From the NCBI GenBank assembly GCA_048772705.1, contig JBLWGC010000047.1, positions 151,243-215,242 on the forward strand: a stretch of DNA of 64,000 bases. The letters run 5' to 3'. Shown here one piece after another: positions 24,534-36,817 of the stretch (its first letter is position 1; each line of letters opens with the position of its first letter). The DNA comes from Leidyana gryllorum EB-2025a (Eukaryota > Protista > Apicomplexa). The notes below the pieces were generated by a model. The model did no database searches. It was not told the DNA's origin and saw nothing but the letters and a program-made list of their open reading frames with translations. The position numbers were made by a program, and so were the translations under genes.

Positions 24534-26343
24534 ATGGCTGCCACGGCTGCGCCAGTGACCGCCTTTATGGCGGATAGAGAGAGTGGAGAGGATGTTCGTT
24601 CCCAGAATGGTGAGTGTATTGGTGTGGCGTTAGCGTGACATGATGTTGCAGTGACTGCGGCTAACACGCTTGCGAATATTCTGAAGAGTTCATTGGGTCC
24701 CCAGGGTTTGGACAAGATGCTGGTGGACGGTATCGGCGAGATGACGATTACGAACGACGGTGCAACCATTTTGAAGCAGTTGGAGGTTCAGCACCCTGCT
24801 GCTAAGGTGTTGGTTGATCTGAGTGACTTGCAAGATCAGGAAGTAGGTGATGGAACGACTACCGTGGTGTTGTTGGCTGCTGAGCTGTTGAAGAGGGGCA
24901 ACGCTTTGATTCAACAGGGTGTGCATCCAACGTGGGTGGTGACAGCATTCAAGTCGGCAGCCAAAGAGGCGGTGAAGTACATTCAGTCGAATTTGACGAT
25001 GCGATTGGATCAGAATGCGGATCCGGAATTACTGAAGAACATTGCTCGTACGTCTTTGAGTTCCAAGTTGATTGGCGGGGAGGACGATTTTTTCGCCAAT
25101 CTGGTGTGCGAGGCTGTGCCAAAAGTGCGTTTCGAGGATGAGAAGACAGGCAAAGTGAAGTATCCGGTTAAATCCATAAACATTCTCAAGACTCACGGGA
25201 AGAGTACTCGGGAATCTATGGTTGTGGACGGTTTTGCTCTGAGTCACATTGGGCGAGCCGCTCAAGGGATGCCGATGAGAGTGGAGAAGGCGAAGATTGC
25301 CATTCTCGAGTTTCCTCTGAAACAATATAGAGCACAACTAGGCGTCCAAATATTGGTCAAGGAGGCTGAGGAATTGGAGAAAATCCGTCTCAAGGAGAAG
25401 GATATCTGCAAGGACAGAGTGGAGAAGATATTGGCGGCTGGTGCCAACGTTATCCTCACTTGTGAGGGCATTGATGATATGGCTCTCAAGTACTTTGTCG
25501 AAGCCAAAGCTCTGGCTGTCCGACGTGTGCCCCGCGCTGATCTCAGGAGAATCGCTCGGGCCACTAACGCTCGTCCGGTGATTACTATGGCCAAACCAGA
25601 TGGTGACGAGGAGTACTTTGATCCCGCCTGGTTGGGTGAGGCTGACGAAGTGTGCGAGGAGAGAGTCGGCGATTGGGATTACATCTTTGTGAAAGGATGC
25701 CAAGGTGGCCGAGCTGCGTCCATTATCCTGAGAGGAGCCAATGACTACTTGGTGGACGAGGTCGACCGCTGCGTGCACGATGCCATCTGCACCGTCAGTC
25801 GCACACTCGAGTCCAACCAAGTGTGTCCCGGTGGTGGTGCCGTGGAGACTGCGTTATCGGTCTATCTAGAGGACTTCGCCCGTACAATGGTGAGTTTGTT
25901 TGGTGGTCAAGTGTTCTCACATCGTGTGTCTGTGTGTGTGTCTTAGGGTTCCAAGGGGCAAGTGGCTGTTGCCGAGTTTGCTGAAGCTCTGAACATCATT
26001 CCGAAGACTTTGGCTGTGAATGCGGCTAAGGACGCTACTGAGCTGTTGGCTAAACTGCGTGCTGCTCACTGGAGGTCTCAGAAACAAGATTTCGCTGAGG
26101 AAGACGTTCAGTACAAGTGGTATGGATTGGACTTGGTGAATGGAACTGTTCGGAACAATCTGAAGGCCGGCGTTCTGGAGCCGGCTATGATTAAAATCAA
26201 AGCTATCCGGTAAGTAATGTGATGGTTGGGGTCACACGACTGCAATTTTTGAAATCAGGTTTGCGACCGAGGCTGCTGTGACCATCCTGAGGGTGGACGA
26301 CATTATCCGGTGTCATCCGGAGGAGGATATGGGTCAGCAGTGA
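24534..26343 (+). CDS. TCP1: T-complex protein 1 subunit alpha (CCT1)
   Basis: SGEDVRSQNV.A, KSSLGPQGLDKMLVD, TITNDGATIL, EVGDGTTTVV, GGGAVE, final FATEAAVTILRVDD; three short introns. Confidence 0.97.
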
Positions 26344-26355
26344 GGAGGGTGTTGG

Positions 26356-29300
26356 TCAGATGCAACTGTCATCTGGCTCTTCTTCTTCGAGGGGATTGTT
26401 GTCGTCATTCGTGGGGTTAAGGAGGATATCACGTAGATCCTTGAGACTAGCGCCACCAGCGTCAACTTTACCGTTCTCGAGCGCAGCGGCAGCCATCATC
26501 CTTTTGACCTTTTGCTTTTTGACCACTGCCTCTTCCACTGTATTCCGCGTTACTACTCGGTACACTCTAACAGGCCGGGTCTGTCCAATTCGGTATATAC
26601 GGTCAATTGCCTGATCCTCAACATGGGGATTCCACCAGGGGTCCATAACATACGCCACGTGAGCGGCCGTCAGAGTCTGTGCAGCATCAGAATGTGAAAC
26701 AAAGGGGGGGGGAGGGTGTTGACTTACCAGTCCAGTTCCCGCAGCTTTAATGCTGGCCAACATGACCATATTGTGATTGACATTCTGAAACTCGTTGACA
26801 ATGGTTTCTCTCTTCTTCATCGACAACTTTCCATCAAACAAACTCGTTCGGACTCCGCGTCGTGTGAGTGCCTCCTGAACGTGCGTCAGCAGCTGCGACA
26901 AACATCATTTGACTCAGAATCTTCACTACAAAGTTGATTGGCTTACCTTTACGAATGTAGAGAATACCACAATCTTGTTGGGTTTGCCATCTGACTGCTT
27001 TTCGAGGAGATCTTGGGTTATTCGGTCACAAAGACCCCGAATTTTACTCGATTCCACAAATGGCCTCTCTTCTTCGCAGTCAAACACGGAATCCTTCGCT
27101 GCCTCTCTCATCCGTTGAGCCTGGCGCAGTTGAGCTTCAGATTTTCGGACCAATTGCTTCTTGCTGAGAGGCTTGCGACATATGGGGCAGTGGGCATTGA
27201 TCTGTTTGGTGGTGCTGTCGAGCCATTCTGAGATGCACCCAAAGTGAAACAGATGGGAGCAGCCACTGATCGTGTCCGGTGTGTCTCCCAAACATATTGG
27301 ACACACATCCGCCAAAGAGTCTCCTTCAAGTAAGGAGGCCATTTGATTGGTGCCCAACAGCTGATCGATGAGTGGGTTGAGGTCTTTATCGTTCCGCAAA
27401 AGTATATTGTCGAGTTGCACCCGAATATGATCAGCTACAACACTCTCAGTGTTGGCCATCAGACGTAGATGCGTTAAAACAGTCCATAGCTGGGCAGCCT
27501 GTGCCTTATCAGCTCGTTGAGCGGCCTTTTGAGCTGTCCGAGCCAAAGCTTCATACCGCTCCCACTCCTCCGCGTTCATTTTGATCCAAACCATATGTAT
27601 GGTCTTTGGCGGAAGTGTGCCCAAATCGTTGGATTCGTTGCTATTGGCGCCGATTTCGACGGTCTGAATGGTCTCAGTGGTGTTCAAGTTGAGATTTCCA
27701 GTCAGCGAGCTCGCAGGTGAGCTGTTGCTGACGGAGTCGCTGTTAGGTGTTGAGCTCGTGGCATTATTGGAGGGATCTTCTGCACTGGAAGTGCCGCCGG
27801 CTTCAGCAGCCGTGTCGATCCTATCGAGAATGGTCTTTTTCCGTCTGAGGAGTATCCATTGAATAGCGGCCTGAATTCGGCACCGAGCGCGTTTGTCCTT
27901 GAGGAGGTTTTTCTTTGCGTCTCCGCCGAGCGCACTCTTGAAGTTTTGTTTGGTATCAAAAGGTTGGACTCTTAAAAAGTTCAGCAAGGGTCCGAGATCT
28001 TCAATCTTGTTTTGGAGCGGAGTACCGGAGAGACACCATTTGTAGAGCCCTTGCAGTTGGAGGGTGGCAACAGTGGTGCGGCTATTGGCGTTCCGGATAG
28101 TGTGTGCTTCGTCCAATATGATGCGTCTCCAGAAAATATTGTGGAGAGCGCTGGGCTCGAGTTTGCTGTCCATTTGGGAAGCCGCTTGGCAGACGGTACT
28201 GTAAGTGGTAACGACGAAAAGCTTTGTGGATAACGACAGCGTATCGACGTGATTCCTCTCCGTCCCGTAGTAGGAGAAGATTAGATCTGAATGAAGGGTG
28301 GTGTGATCACGTAACTGTGCTCTCCAGGTATTGAGAACGGATTTCGGACAAACGATGAGTGTGGCATCACTTTTGACGTGGGGTTTGCCGTCGACCATAA
28401 CTTGATCCTCTTCGGGTACCTCTTTGTTATGTCCGGCTCGTCCTCCCCGTTTCCTGCGTTTCTCGTTCTCCATCTTGAAGAGGCTCTGGCCGTGTTCCTC
28501 AATCTTTTCCTGAACCACAGGATCCAAAAGAGCACAGGCGATAGACTGTATAGTCTTTCCGAGTCCCATATCATCAGCCAAGATACCTCCTTTGGGGGGT
28601 TTGAGGTCTTTGACAAACACGTGGTGCCCTCCCAAGATACGGCATTCGGCAACTTCGTCTCTGACGGGGTGCCGTCTCCATATCTGCCATTCGCCTTTCT
28701 CTTTCAACACTTCTCTCAAATCCAATCGCGACTGGTCTTCCATTTCTCGCATCCACCACACGCCTTTGCGTTGGTGTGCGAGCAGCTCAGACTTGAGACC
28801 TGGGACTTTGGCATCGACGTCCTGCATATTGGCCCATTCCTTCATGGAGAACATATCATTGATCCGGTTGGCCAAATCTTCGGTGTCTTCTTCGACGGTG
28901 GCCTCAACGGGACGTCTCAGAGGACCAGCGTCCTCGTTGTTGGCCTCCCCATTGAGCAGAGAGGCGGGCAATTTCTGGAACCCGTCTTCGTCCAGTTCGT
29001 AGTTCTCGTCTTCGACTGCTTGCAGAAAGTCGTCGTCCAGAAGGGTTTGTTGGGAGACTTCGGAGAGATTATGGCGCGCGAGCTGACAGGAAGTGCTCAA
29101 AGTATTGTCATCGGGGCCGGGTGTGAAGACATTGAGGGGCTCAAAAGCAAAACTTCGAAAAGTATCTTTCCCACGCGGCAAAGCCGACCACCCGAACGAT
29201 CCCGCAGGGGGGGGCGGGGAACTGATACTGAATCGCGCTCGGTCAGAGGGGAACACATAGTCGACATTGGGGTACTCTTGGAACCCATTATTATTGGTGC

Positions 29301-30669
29301 GATCTCTTCGGGGGCAGAGACAGGAGAGGACGCAGTCTCGACCATAAAAGTTGGTTGCGAGACGGCCTGTGGTCAAAGTGAGGGGGTTAACGGCTCCGAA
29401 GATACTTTGGGAATCGTCAGCAAGTCGCCGTCGAGCATAGGTGGCCCAAACCCGGTCGGAGACGAGACACTGTAAAAGTTCATTGGGTTCGAGGGCATCG
29501 ATATAAATGCTGACGGGTTTCCGATACCGTTGATACGAAGAATCGCTCTCCGCAAAGGTGATAACGTGATCGCCCCCTTCGAGTTTCGCCATTGTCCGGG
29601 CTGGAAACTCGTAGCGAGTTCGGAAGAGCACCGGTTGGGTACATATAGTCTCGACAATAGCGCTCGCCACGGGAGGCAGAAAGCCGGCGACTTGGGTCGA
29701 AGTGCTCGTCATCAAAACTCCAATGCCGGCCCGCCATTGCATTGTAGACTCATCGATCCAACTGAAGAGTCGAAATCTCATTTCCCGATCTAAATGAGCC
29801 AACCTCCAGCAGTTCTCAAACTCTTGGGTGGGTTCCACGTAGGTGTGAATGATAGCGCAACATCTCATATTGTCAGTATACGTCATGTGACGGTAGTCCA
29901 CGACTCCTCTCTCCCATATAATTCCACAGTCTCCGTTTCGGGTCGGAGACATCAACTCCGCCACCGACCGGTGCTGTTGGTGGCCACCCGCCTCACCGTC
30001 ATTTTCGAGCGAATTTGTAGTCGAAGCAGCGCCCTGAGGGACAACAGCGCCCTCACTCTCCTCGTCATCGTCGTCGTCGTCTATTGCAATTGCCTCCTCC
30101 GGATTCAACGCGTCCAAATCAACCAATACTGGAGATGGACGGGGGGGGCGAGCCGCCGATCCGGAAGCAGTCGTCGAGGGGGGATGTTGATAGCCATCCA
30201 AATCACCAATCTCGCGTCCATTCAACTCTATGATTTCACACGAACTACTCGCCGGGGTACACTCTCCCCCACTGCTCTCTGCCCCCACATTCACACTCTC
30301 TCGCAACGGCGGTAACTCGGGGGTCTCAAGTTGAGCTTCAGCTTCAGCGGGCGGTAACATTTCCTGATCCTCCCGGATCGCAGTCTCGGCGGCGGGTGGA
30401 GAGTTCACATCACCATCAGCGACGCCCACAGACTCCGCTTTCTCGGCGTCTCCCTCAGTCCCGCCGCCGCCGCCGGTACTGGTGGTCGACCAGCTACCTT
30501 TGATGAGAGTTGTCTCCTCCTGACGACCGGTCAAGAATAGACTGGTGGCTTCCTCTACACTCAATTGGGGTCCACGGGCTAAGGACCCGTCAAGTAGTCC
30601 TTCATCTCGACGCACACGTTTCGACTCTGGTTCAGACCATGAGGTACTTGAAGCTGGCCGAGGGGGCAT
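26356..30669 (-). CDS. RAD5/RAD16-like SNF2 helicase with RING finger
   Basis: GGILADDMGLGKT, WRRIILDEAH, LSGTPLQN, RING CPIC...CSHLFHFGC...CPICR inserted before HelicC (MDPWWNP, QAIDRIYRIGQ). Confidence 0.95.
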
Positions 30670-30723
30670 ATGATACTTAATTTTTTTGACGCTACTCTGA
30701 CTGACTAACTCTCAAGTTCAAGT

Positions 30724-33700
30724 TCATAAGGCTATGTTGGCGGCGAAAGGACTGAATGACGCTGGCGTATTCGGCAACATGGGAGCCATCCCAATACTCA
30801 TTAGTCCCGATACTGCGTGTGTGGAATGGGACCCCATAGGTTAAAGCAACTTTAGAAAACCCTCACCGAGCTCATTCGCAGAATGCTTATCTTTGCGCTC
30901 GCTCTGACTCTGAGTCTGCTTCGCAACCTCCTTCTCCAACTTGTCCAGCCTCTGACGCAAAGTGCCTACGCTCTGAATCATAAACGGCATCAACTCGTCT
31001 TGGTACCCAGCCAGCCATGCCAACTCCATGGCCACCTCTGGCCGCACCAACGGATTGCACACCTGCACAACGCAACAAATCAAGTCATTCAGTCAGTCAG
31101 TCATTCAGTCAGTCAGTCAGTCAACCAGTCAACCCCCAAACTCTCTCCCCAATCCTACCTGCAGACAGGCAGCAAAGTGCTGCGGGCTCTTGAGCTCATC
31201 AACAAAGTACTGCAACAGCGCTTCAGCGATCGCCGGATCACCCGAAGTACGAGCGATCGCCATCGCCTGCTCGTACTGATGGAACTTCTTTGCTAACTCG
31301 ATCGCGTGAGTATACTTCCCATTCTTCTCGTACAACGACAAAGCCAATTGCTTCATCTCAATCAACTGCATAACAATGTGACGACCGCAACAATGACCAC
31401 CGAGTGACAAACAATGACCACCGAATGACAATGACAGAACCCCAACAGCAACCGGAACAATTACAGAACCCCAACAGCAACCGGAACAATGACAGAACCC
31501 CAATAACAGCCGACATATAGATCATAACAATCCACAGCAAACCGAAAACATCGAACATCGATCGAACCACCGACCAAGTAACTCACCTCGTGTTTCTCGA
31601 GCTTCGCAGCCAATTCTGGTTGATCAAAGTTGTCATAAGCCGAAATACTCTTCCGTAGCTTCTCAACGTCCTTTCTGTCCAGATACAGCTCGTGCAACGC
31701 GTCATTCACAATAGTCGTGTGCTCGTTCGCACGCGCCTGCTCGTCCTCCAGCCAGCTCGCCACCAATGCCATCGGACTCAAATTAATTCGAGACGCCTCC
31801 AATGACAAACGATGACTCTTGATCGTTTGGATCACTCGCAGGTGTTCGATCTGACCACTCAGAGCCGACAGTAACTGATTCAGCATCGTCGGATGCTCCT
31901 CCAAGTACAGCACCAATGCTTTGTACAGAATGTCCAGATTCGTCACTTTTTGGAGAATAGACAGGAACTGCTCGTGCTCCCAAGCGATACTGCTGTGGTT
32001 CAGAATCACACTGGCCGCCTGGTCGTACTCGTTGTACGACAGATACAACAACACCTCTGCTTTCCACAGCTTCTCGGCCTCACAAACTTTGATCAGTTTA
32101 GGCACATTCAGCCGCCCAGCCGTCACCACCGGAGCACTCTTGAGGAAGTCCAACAACTGCTCGGGTTTGTACTTGGCGTACACAATACCCATCTCTGTAT
32201 ACAGGCCAATGTTACCCTTCCCTGTGGCCACACCCGCCTCCAAGAACTCCAACAGCTCACTCGAGTACCCAGCCGACTCGTAAGCGTTGATCAGCCGCTC
32301 CAAATGATCCGAGTTGTTGATAACGTTCAGACCAGCCGAATGGGCAATCTTCAACTGACCATTAGCCACACTCGCCAGGGCCACCTCAGTCCAGGACTTG
32401 GCACTCCCAGCTCGCTTGGCACTCTCATAAGCCGCGTTGTACTCACCCAACTTGATCAGACACAGAGTCAACTTAGTGTGGTTAGGCACCTTGGCATAGA
32501 AAACTTTCGCCGCCTTGTAACTGTTCGTGGCCCTCTCCACATCGCAGTCAGCCTCGGCTGCCAAACCCTCTTCGTACAACCGATCACCAATCATCTGAGT
32601 GTTGGCTGTATGGGCCCCGACCAAGAAGGTTTCCAGAGGACTCCACTGCCCAGTCCGGGCCAAACAGTACGCCAACTCGGAGTCCACGTCTCCCATTGAG
32701 CCAACTCGTTGAGCTCGCAGCTTCCGCAGAAACTCAGCGAGTTCCGAGAACTGTTTCGCTTGTTTGGCACATTGGATCACCCGTTTGTACTCAACGCACT
32801 TCTCAGCTTTGCCGTAAAACAACATTGCTTTCACCACCCATTCGCCTGCAGCAGTCTCCTCTCCGGCTGCCAGTCTCTCTTCGGCCTTGTCCAGCTCTGC
32901 GAGGGCCAGAGACTGCCATACAGTGGTATCCTTGGCCTTCTCGGCATAGGCCTCGGCTTGGCTGAAGTCCTGCATCTTGTACAACAGAATGTCCAGTGCC
33001 TTCTCGTTCATGTTGAACTTTTTGTACACCATCAGTGCTTCTTCGTACAACTTGAACTCCTCACTCGTGGCCACAGCGGCAACTTGGTGGGGGTCAAACG
33101 CGTCCAACCGGTTGATATAATCCTTAACCTTCTCAGGCTTGGCCGACATGGCAGTCAACAAGAGCAAATTCTGGAACGCCGACGAGTTACTCAGAGTCTC
33201 GCCATCCAGTCCGGAACCGCTGAAAGTCACAGTCTTCTGGAGAACAATGCGTTCGAGCAGTTCCAATAGTTCACTCTCCAACTTGGCGTCCACGAAGGCT
33301 TTGACTACGCACGAGATCTCATCCACAGCAGAAGCTTCGGACAAAGCGGTGGCAGTAATCTGATCGACCAGTTGACGACGGTATTCCTTGTTGTCGTCGC
33401 TCAACACCTGAGCCCACACCTCAGGACTCTTGCGCTGGATCAGATACTTGGCCTGAATTCTGAACAGACCATTGCGATTGGTGATGCTGATCAACTCTGC
33501 GTCGCATTGGCCTCGCATATACGCGATGACGGCCATATGGGGGTCTTTGTTCTCGCAGTATTGACCAATAGTTCGGGGGTCATAGTTCAGATTGGTGCTC
33601 AGGAACTTCTCGGGGTCGCGGTTGGTGTCGATGTACACTTTGGCAACGGCATTGTTCAGAACAGCATCGGTGAGACCCTCTTCGATCCGTTGTTCCATCC

Positions 33701-36700
33701 AGGGCAGAATGAGACTCAGACGGCCGCGGTTCTCCATCTCGGGGATCAGAGGTTCCAGTGGGCACTGTCCACGCACTCTATCCAACAAGTCGGTGACCAC
33801 CGACTCACTGCAGCCCAAATCCAGAAGAGTAATGATAATGGTACCAGCAGCTCTGGAATTGACTTTGGTAACATAGATCTCCAGATAGTTCATCAGATCA
33901 TTGCGGTAGAGGAACTCGGTCAACTCGTCGATGTGGCCGTGTTTGTCGTAGACATATATGAGAGGTTTTGGCTCTTCAACAACGGCTCGGCAGTTCTTCA
34001 GAAACTCCATAACACGGATGGGGTCGTAATAGACGGATTCACGGACAACGCGCTCGACCTCCTGATAGTTCTCCAGCTTCATTGCCGCCTCAATGTACTT
34101 GAAGTGGACATCCGGGTCGTTACTGAAGGCCATAATGCTTCCGAGGAAGTAGTACAACCCTTCAGTGGAGTTAACGTTCTCAAACAGATTGATGAGATTC
34201 TGAATTCCCAGCCGGTTGTGGTATTTGATACACACTTGGACGACACTCTGCAGGTTCCCCCGATTCTGACGCAACATGTCACTCAGAATCTCAATGACAG
34301 TGTTCTCGGAACTCGTCACCAACAGCTTCTCGCAGAAGCCCAACAGCCAATCGAGATTCATTTGTGTTCCGCAACGAATCATCACACGCTTGATATCATT
34401 GATATCGGTGTAATGCTCAAGGGCTCTTCTGTAAAGTCCCGCCTTCTCACACAGCTGGGCAACTCGGAGTCTATCGTAGTGCGTGAACTGCTCCGATTGG
34501 AACAAGAGCTCGGCTCCGTTCTGACTGCTGCCAGGCCCCGTCAGGTTGATCTCAAACAGACGGGTTTGCAGACTCGCGTGCTCCGGCTTGTCACTTTTGA
34601 GCGTGTCGACCAAGATGCCAGTGATCTCAGGTACCTTGCCAGCACCAACAAAAACATCAATGGCTGAGTTGATATCCATAAGTGGTGGCTCATTGGCCAG
34701 AAGACTGCGAGCAAAGTTGACCGCTCCCATAGGATCAATCGTCAGCATCGATCTCAACAGGAAGCTAAAGTCAGCCGAGTACTTCTTCTTCTTCACGTAA
34801 GTCAGGATTTCTTGGAACATACTTTTCTCCACCAAGAACTGGATCACTTTAGCGTGACAGTTTGCACGACTGTAAATCCGGAGGGCCATCTGTTCATCTA
34901 AACTTCGGCATAAATCTCCCAATTGCTCTGAACATTCCAGAGCGTCGTCGTCCAACCATTTTCCAACCAGCTCGGCACGATGTTGCGCCACCACGGGACG
35001 CATCAATTCAAGGGATTCATACCCGCTCAATTTAACCCCCAATTCAAGGAGATAATTGAAGTATTGAACAATGATCGATGACTGACCGGGAGTCACAGGC
35101 GCATTCTTGATCTGCGCAAACACATTGGGGTTGCGCAAGGCATTGCCTTTGCTCAAAGCTGCGACCCGGGCAGCAGCGGTCCATTTCTGCTGCTGCACAA
35201 GGGTACGGAACAGCTTGGTGGTGTAGTCATCGGCTACTGGATAGCAGTAACGCTGAGCCAGAGACAAGGCGACGTCCACACCCAATGTGGCTTGCACGTG
35301 ACTGATCAATGTATTTTCATTCACCGTTACGGATATTATCGCTCCTTTCCGATTCACCAGCAATATTCCACCCGAGCGCTTGTTAGCGCAACACAGGAAC
35401 ACACTGTCCTGAGACACGCGTTCGCACGCGATTTGACGGCCGGTCTTGGCATCGAATATCATTGCGTAACCCGCTTTAGTCGCTGTGTATATGACACCAT
35501 GGCGGCTCGACAACTGAAATTGAGGTGACGTAGACTCGATGAGGCGCAGTACATCATATTGAGTAACTCACATGTTGTGCGATCGGCAGATCATTCTGTT
35601 GATCGGGGGGGTAAGAGAACTCCGAGGTGATTTTGAAGGGTGTAGGACGGCCTTCACCCCGCTGGGAGTAGATATCCATGACGTAGAGCTTGTTGACACC
35701 GGCTTTGCGTTCACAGAAGGTGAAGACTTTGAGTGGTTCGGCCTCGGGATCATCAAGCTGCGGGATGAAAGCAGATTAGTGATGAGGTGACGGGGGTTGG
35801 AGACTTACATTGATGGATCCAAAACAGCCAGAATGGCCCTCGAGGAATTGTTGTAGGCGGCGTTGGACAGAGTACAATTGAAGGCAGCCGATGATGCTTT
35901 TTCTTTCGCCTAGATATATACCGGCCAGAAGGCACCATTGTACATCGGCGGGTGAGGTTTCATTGTCGACAGTGTAGTTAATGATCTGTACGCCGACGTC
36001 GGCCATTTTTTCGCCGCGAGAGAACATGAGGATGGGTTCTTCGCAGCTCGATCCTGTGGCGGGTCCAAAGGCATCAGATCCTACATCGCCGCGTAAGAAC
36101 CAGTGGTAGACGCCAGTGCGAGTGATTATGACGAGGCAGCGCTGTGGGAGCCATCTCCAAAAGACGATTTCTTCGGAGAAGGTGTGATCGCCGAGGCGGG
36201 CTTTGGTGTCCAAGTCGAAGACCTGAACAAAGTGGCCTTCTCCATCGTCCAAAAGGCCTGCGGGAGGAGAGGGAATGAATGTTTGGAGAGGGAATGACTG
36301 TTTGGAGAGGGAATGAATGTTTGGAGGAGAGTGGGTCGGCTGACGACAACGGTGTGGGTGGGTACCGACCTCTCAAGGCGAGGATATTTTCATGGGGATT
36401 CTTCATGGCCCCCTCGGCCTTGCGGCTGATGCGTCGATCGACTTCAAAGTCTTCGACTATATCGACAATACCGACCTGTTTGGAGTTTGTTTGGGATTGG
36501 TTCAGGGCGGCTCGCGGTTTACCTGAGAGGCCTTATCTTTGTCGCCTGCGGCGGAGGCATCTTTGATACAGAGATATCGATCGCCTCCGAAGCAGGCTGT
36601 ATTGAACCGAAAGGCTTTCTCTTGGAAAGAGTATGGTGGCTCGCACAACTATGAGGAGTGATGGTTTATCAATACTCTCTGGGCATTACCTGTGCGAGGA

Positions 36701-36749
36701 CCTCTGTGTGAAGAGGGGACGAGCCCGTACCGGCCGCGCCACCGAGCAT
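30724..36749 (-). CDS. CHC: Clathrin heavy chain
   Basis: Propeller (ILALR, VFWRWL, QIINY, QFLEGH), CHCR repeats (LQTRLFEINL, FTHYDR, AQLCEKAGL..RALEHY, DPDVHFKYIEAA, YCENKDPH), C-terminal RPEVAMELAW...MPFMIQ. Confidence 0.97.
31080..31565. repeat. Intronic micro/minisatellites in clathrin: (AGTC)n and about 3 x 29 bp
   Basis: (cagt)n at ~31083-31130; caatgacagaaccccaacagcaaccggaa about x3 at ~31429-31510. Confidence 0.85.
36265..36327. repeat. Intronic 19-bp tandem repeat x3
   Basis: ggagagggaatga(a/c)tgttt repeated three times. Confidence 0.85.
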
Positions 36750-36817
36750 CTGGACGTCACACGACGAAAATTAGACTGGGAGTACTCACACCACTCAAAA
36801 AGCTGAGAAAAAAAGCG

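Noticed and set aside
5121-26343. Apparent frameshifts or stop-codon recoding in lipase, PPase, ISN1, CCT1
   Set aside because: The breaks I checked are resolved by short GT-AG introns under the standard code.
28378-34667. Long plus-strand ORFs (365, 268, 431 aa)
   Set aside because: Antisense shadows of RAD5-like and clathrin coding sequence with no recognisable motifs.
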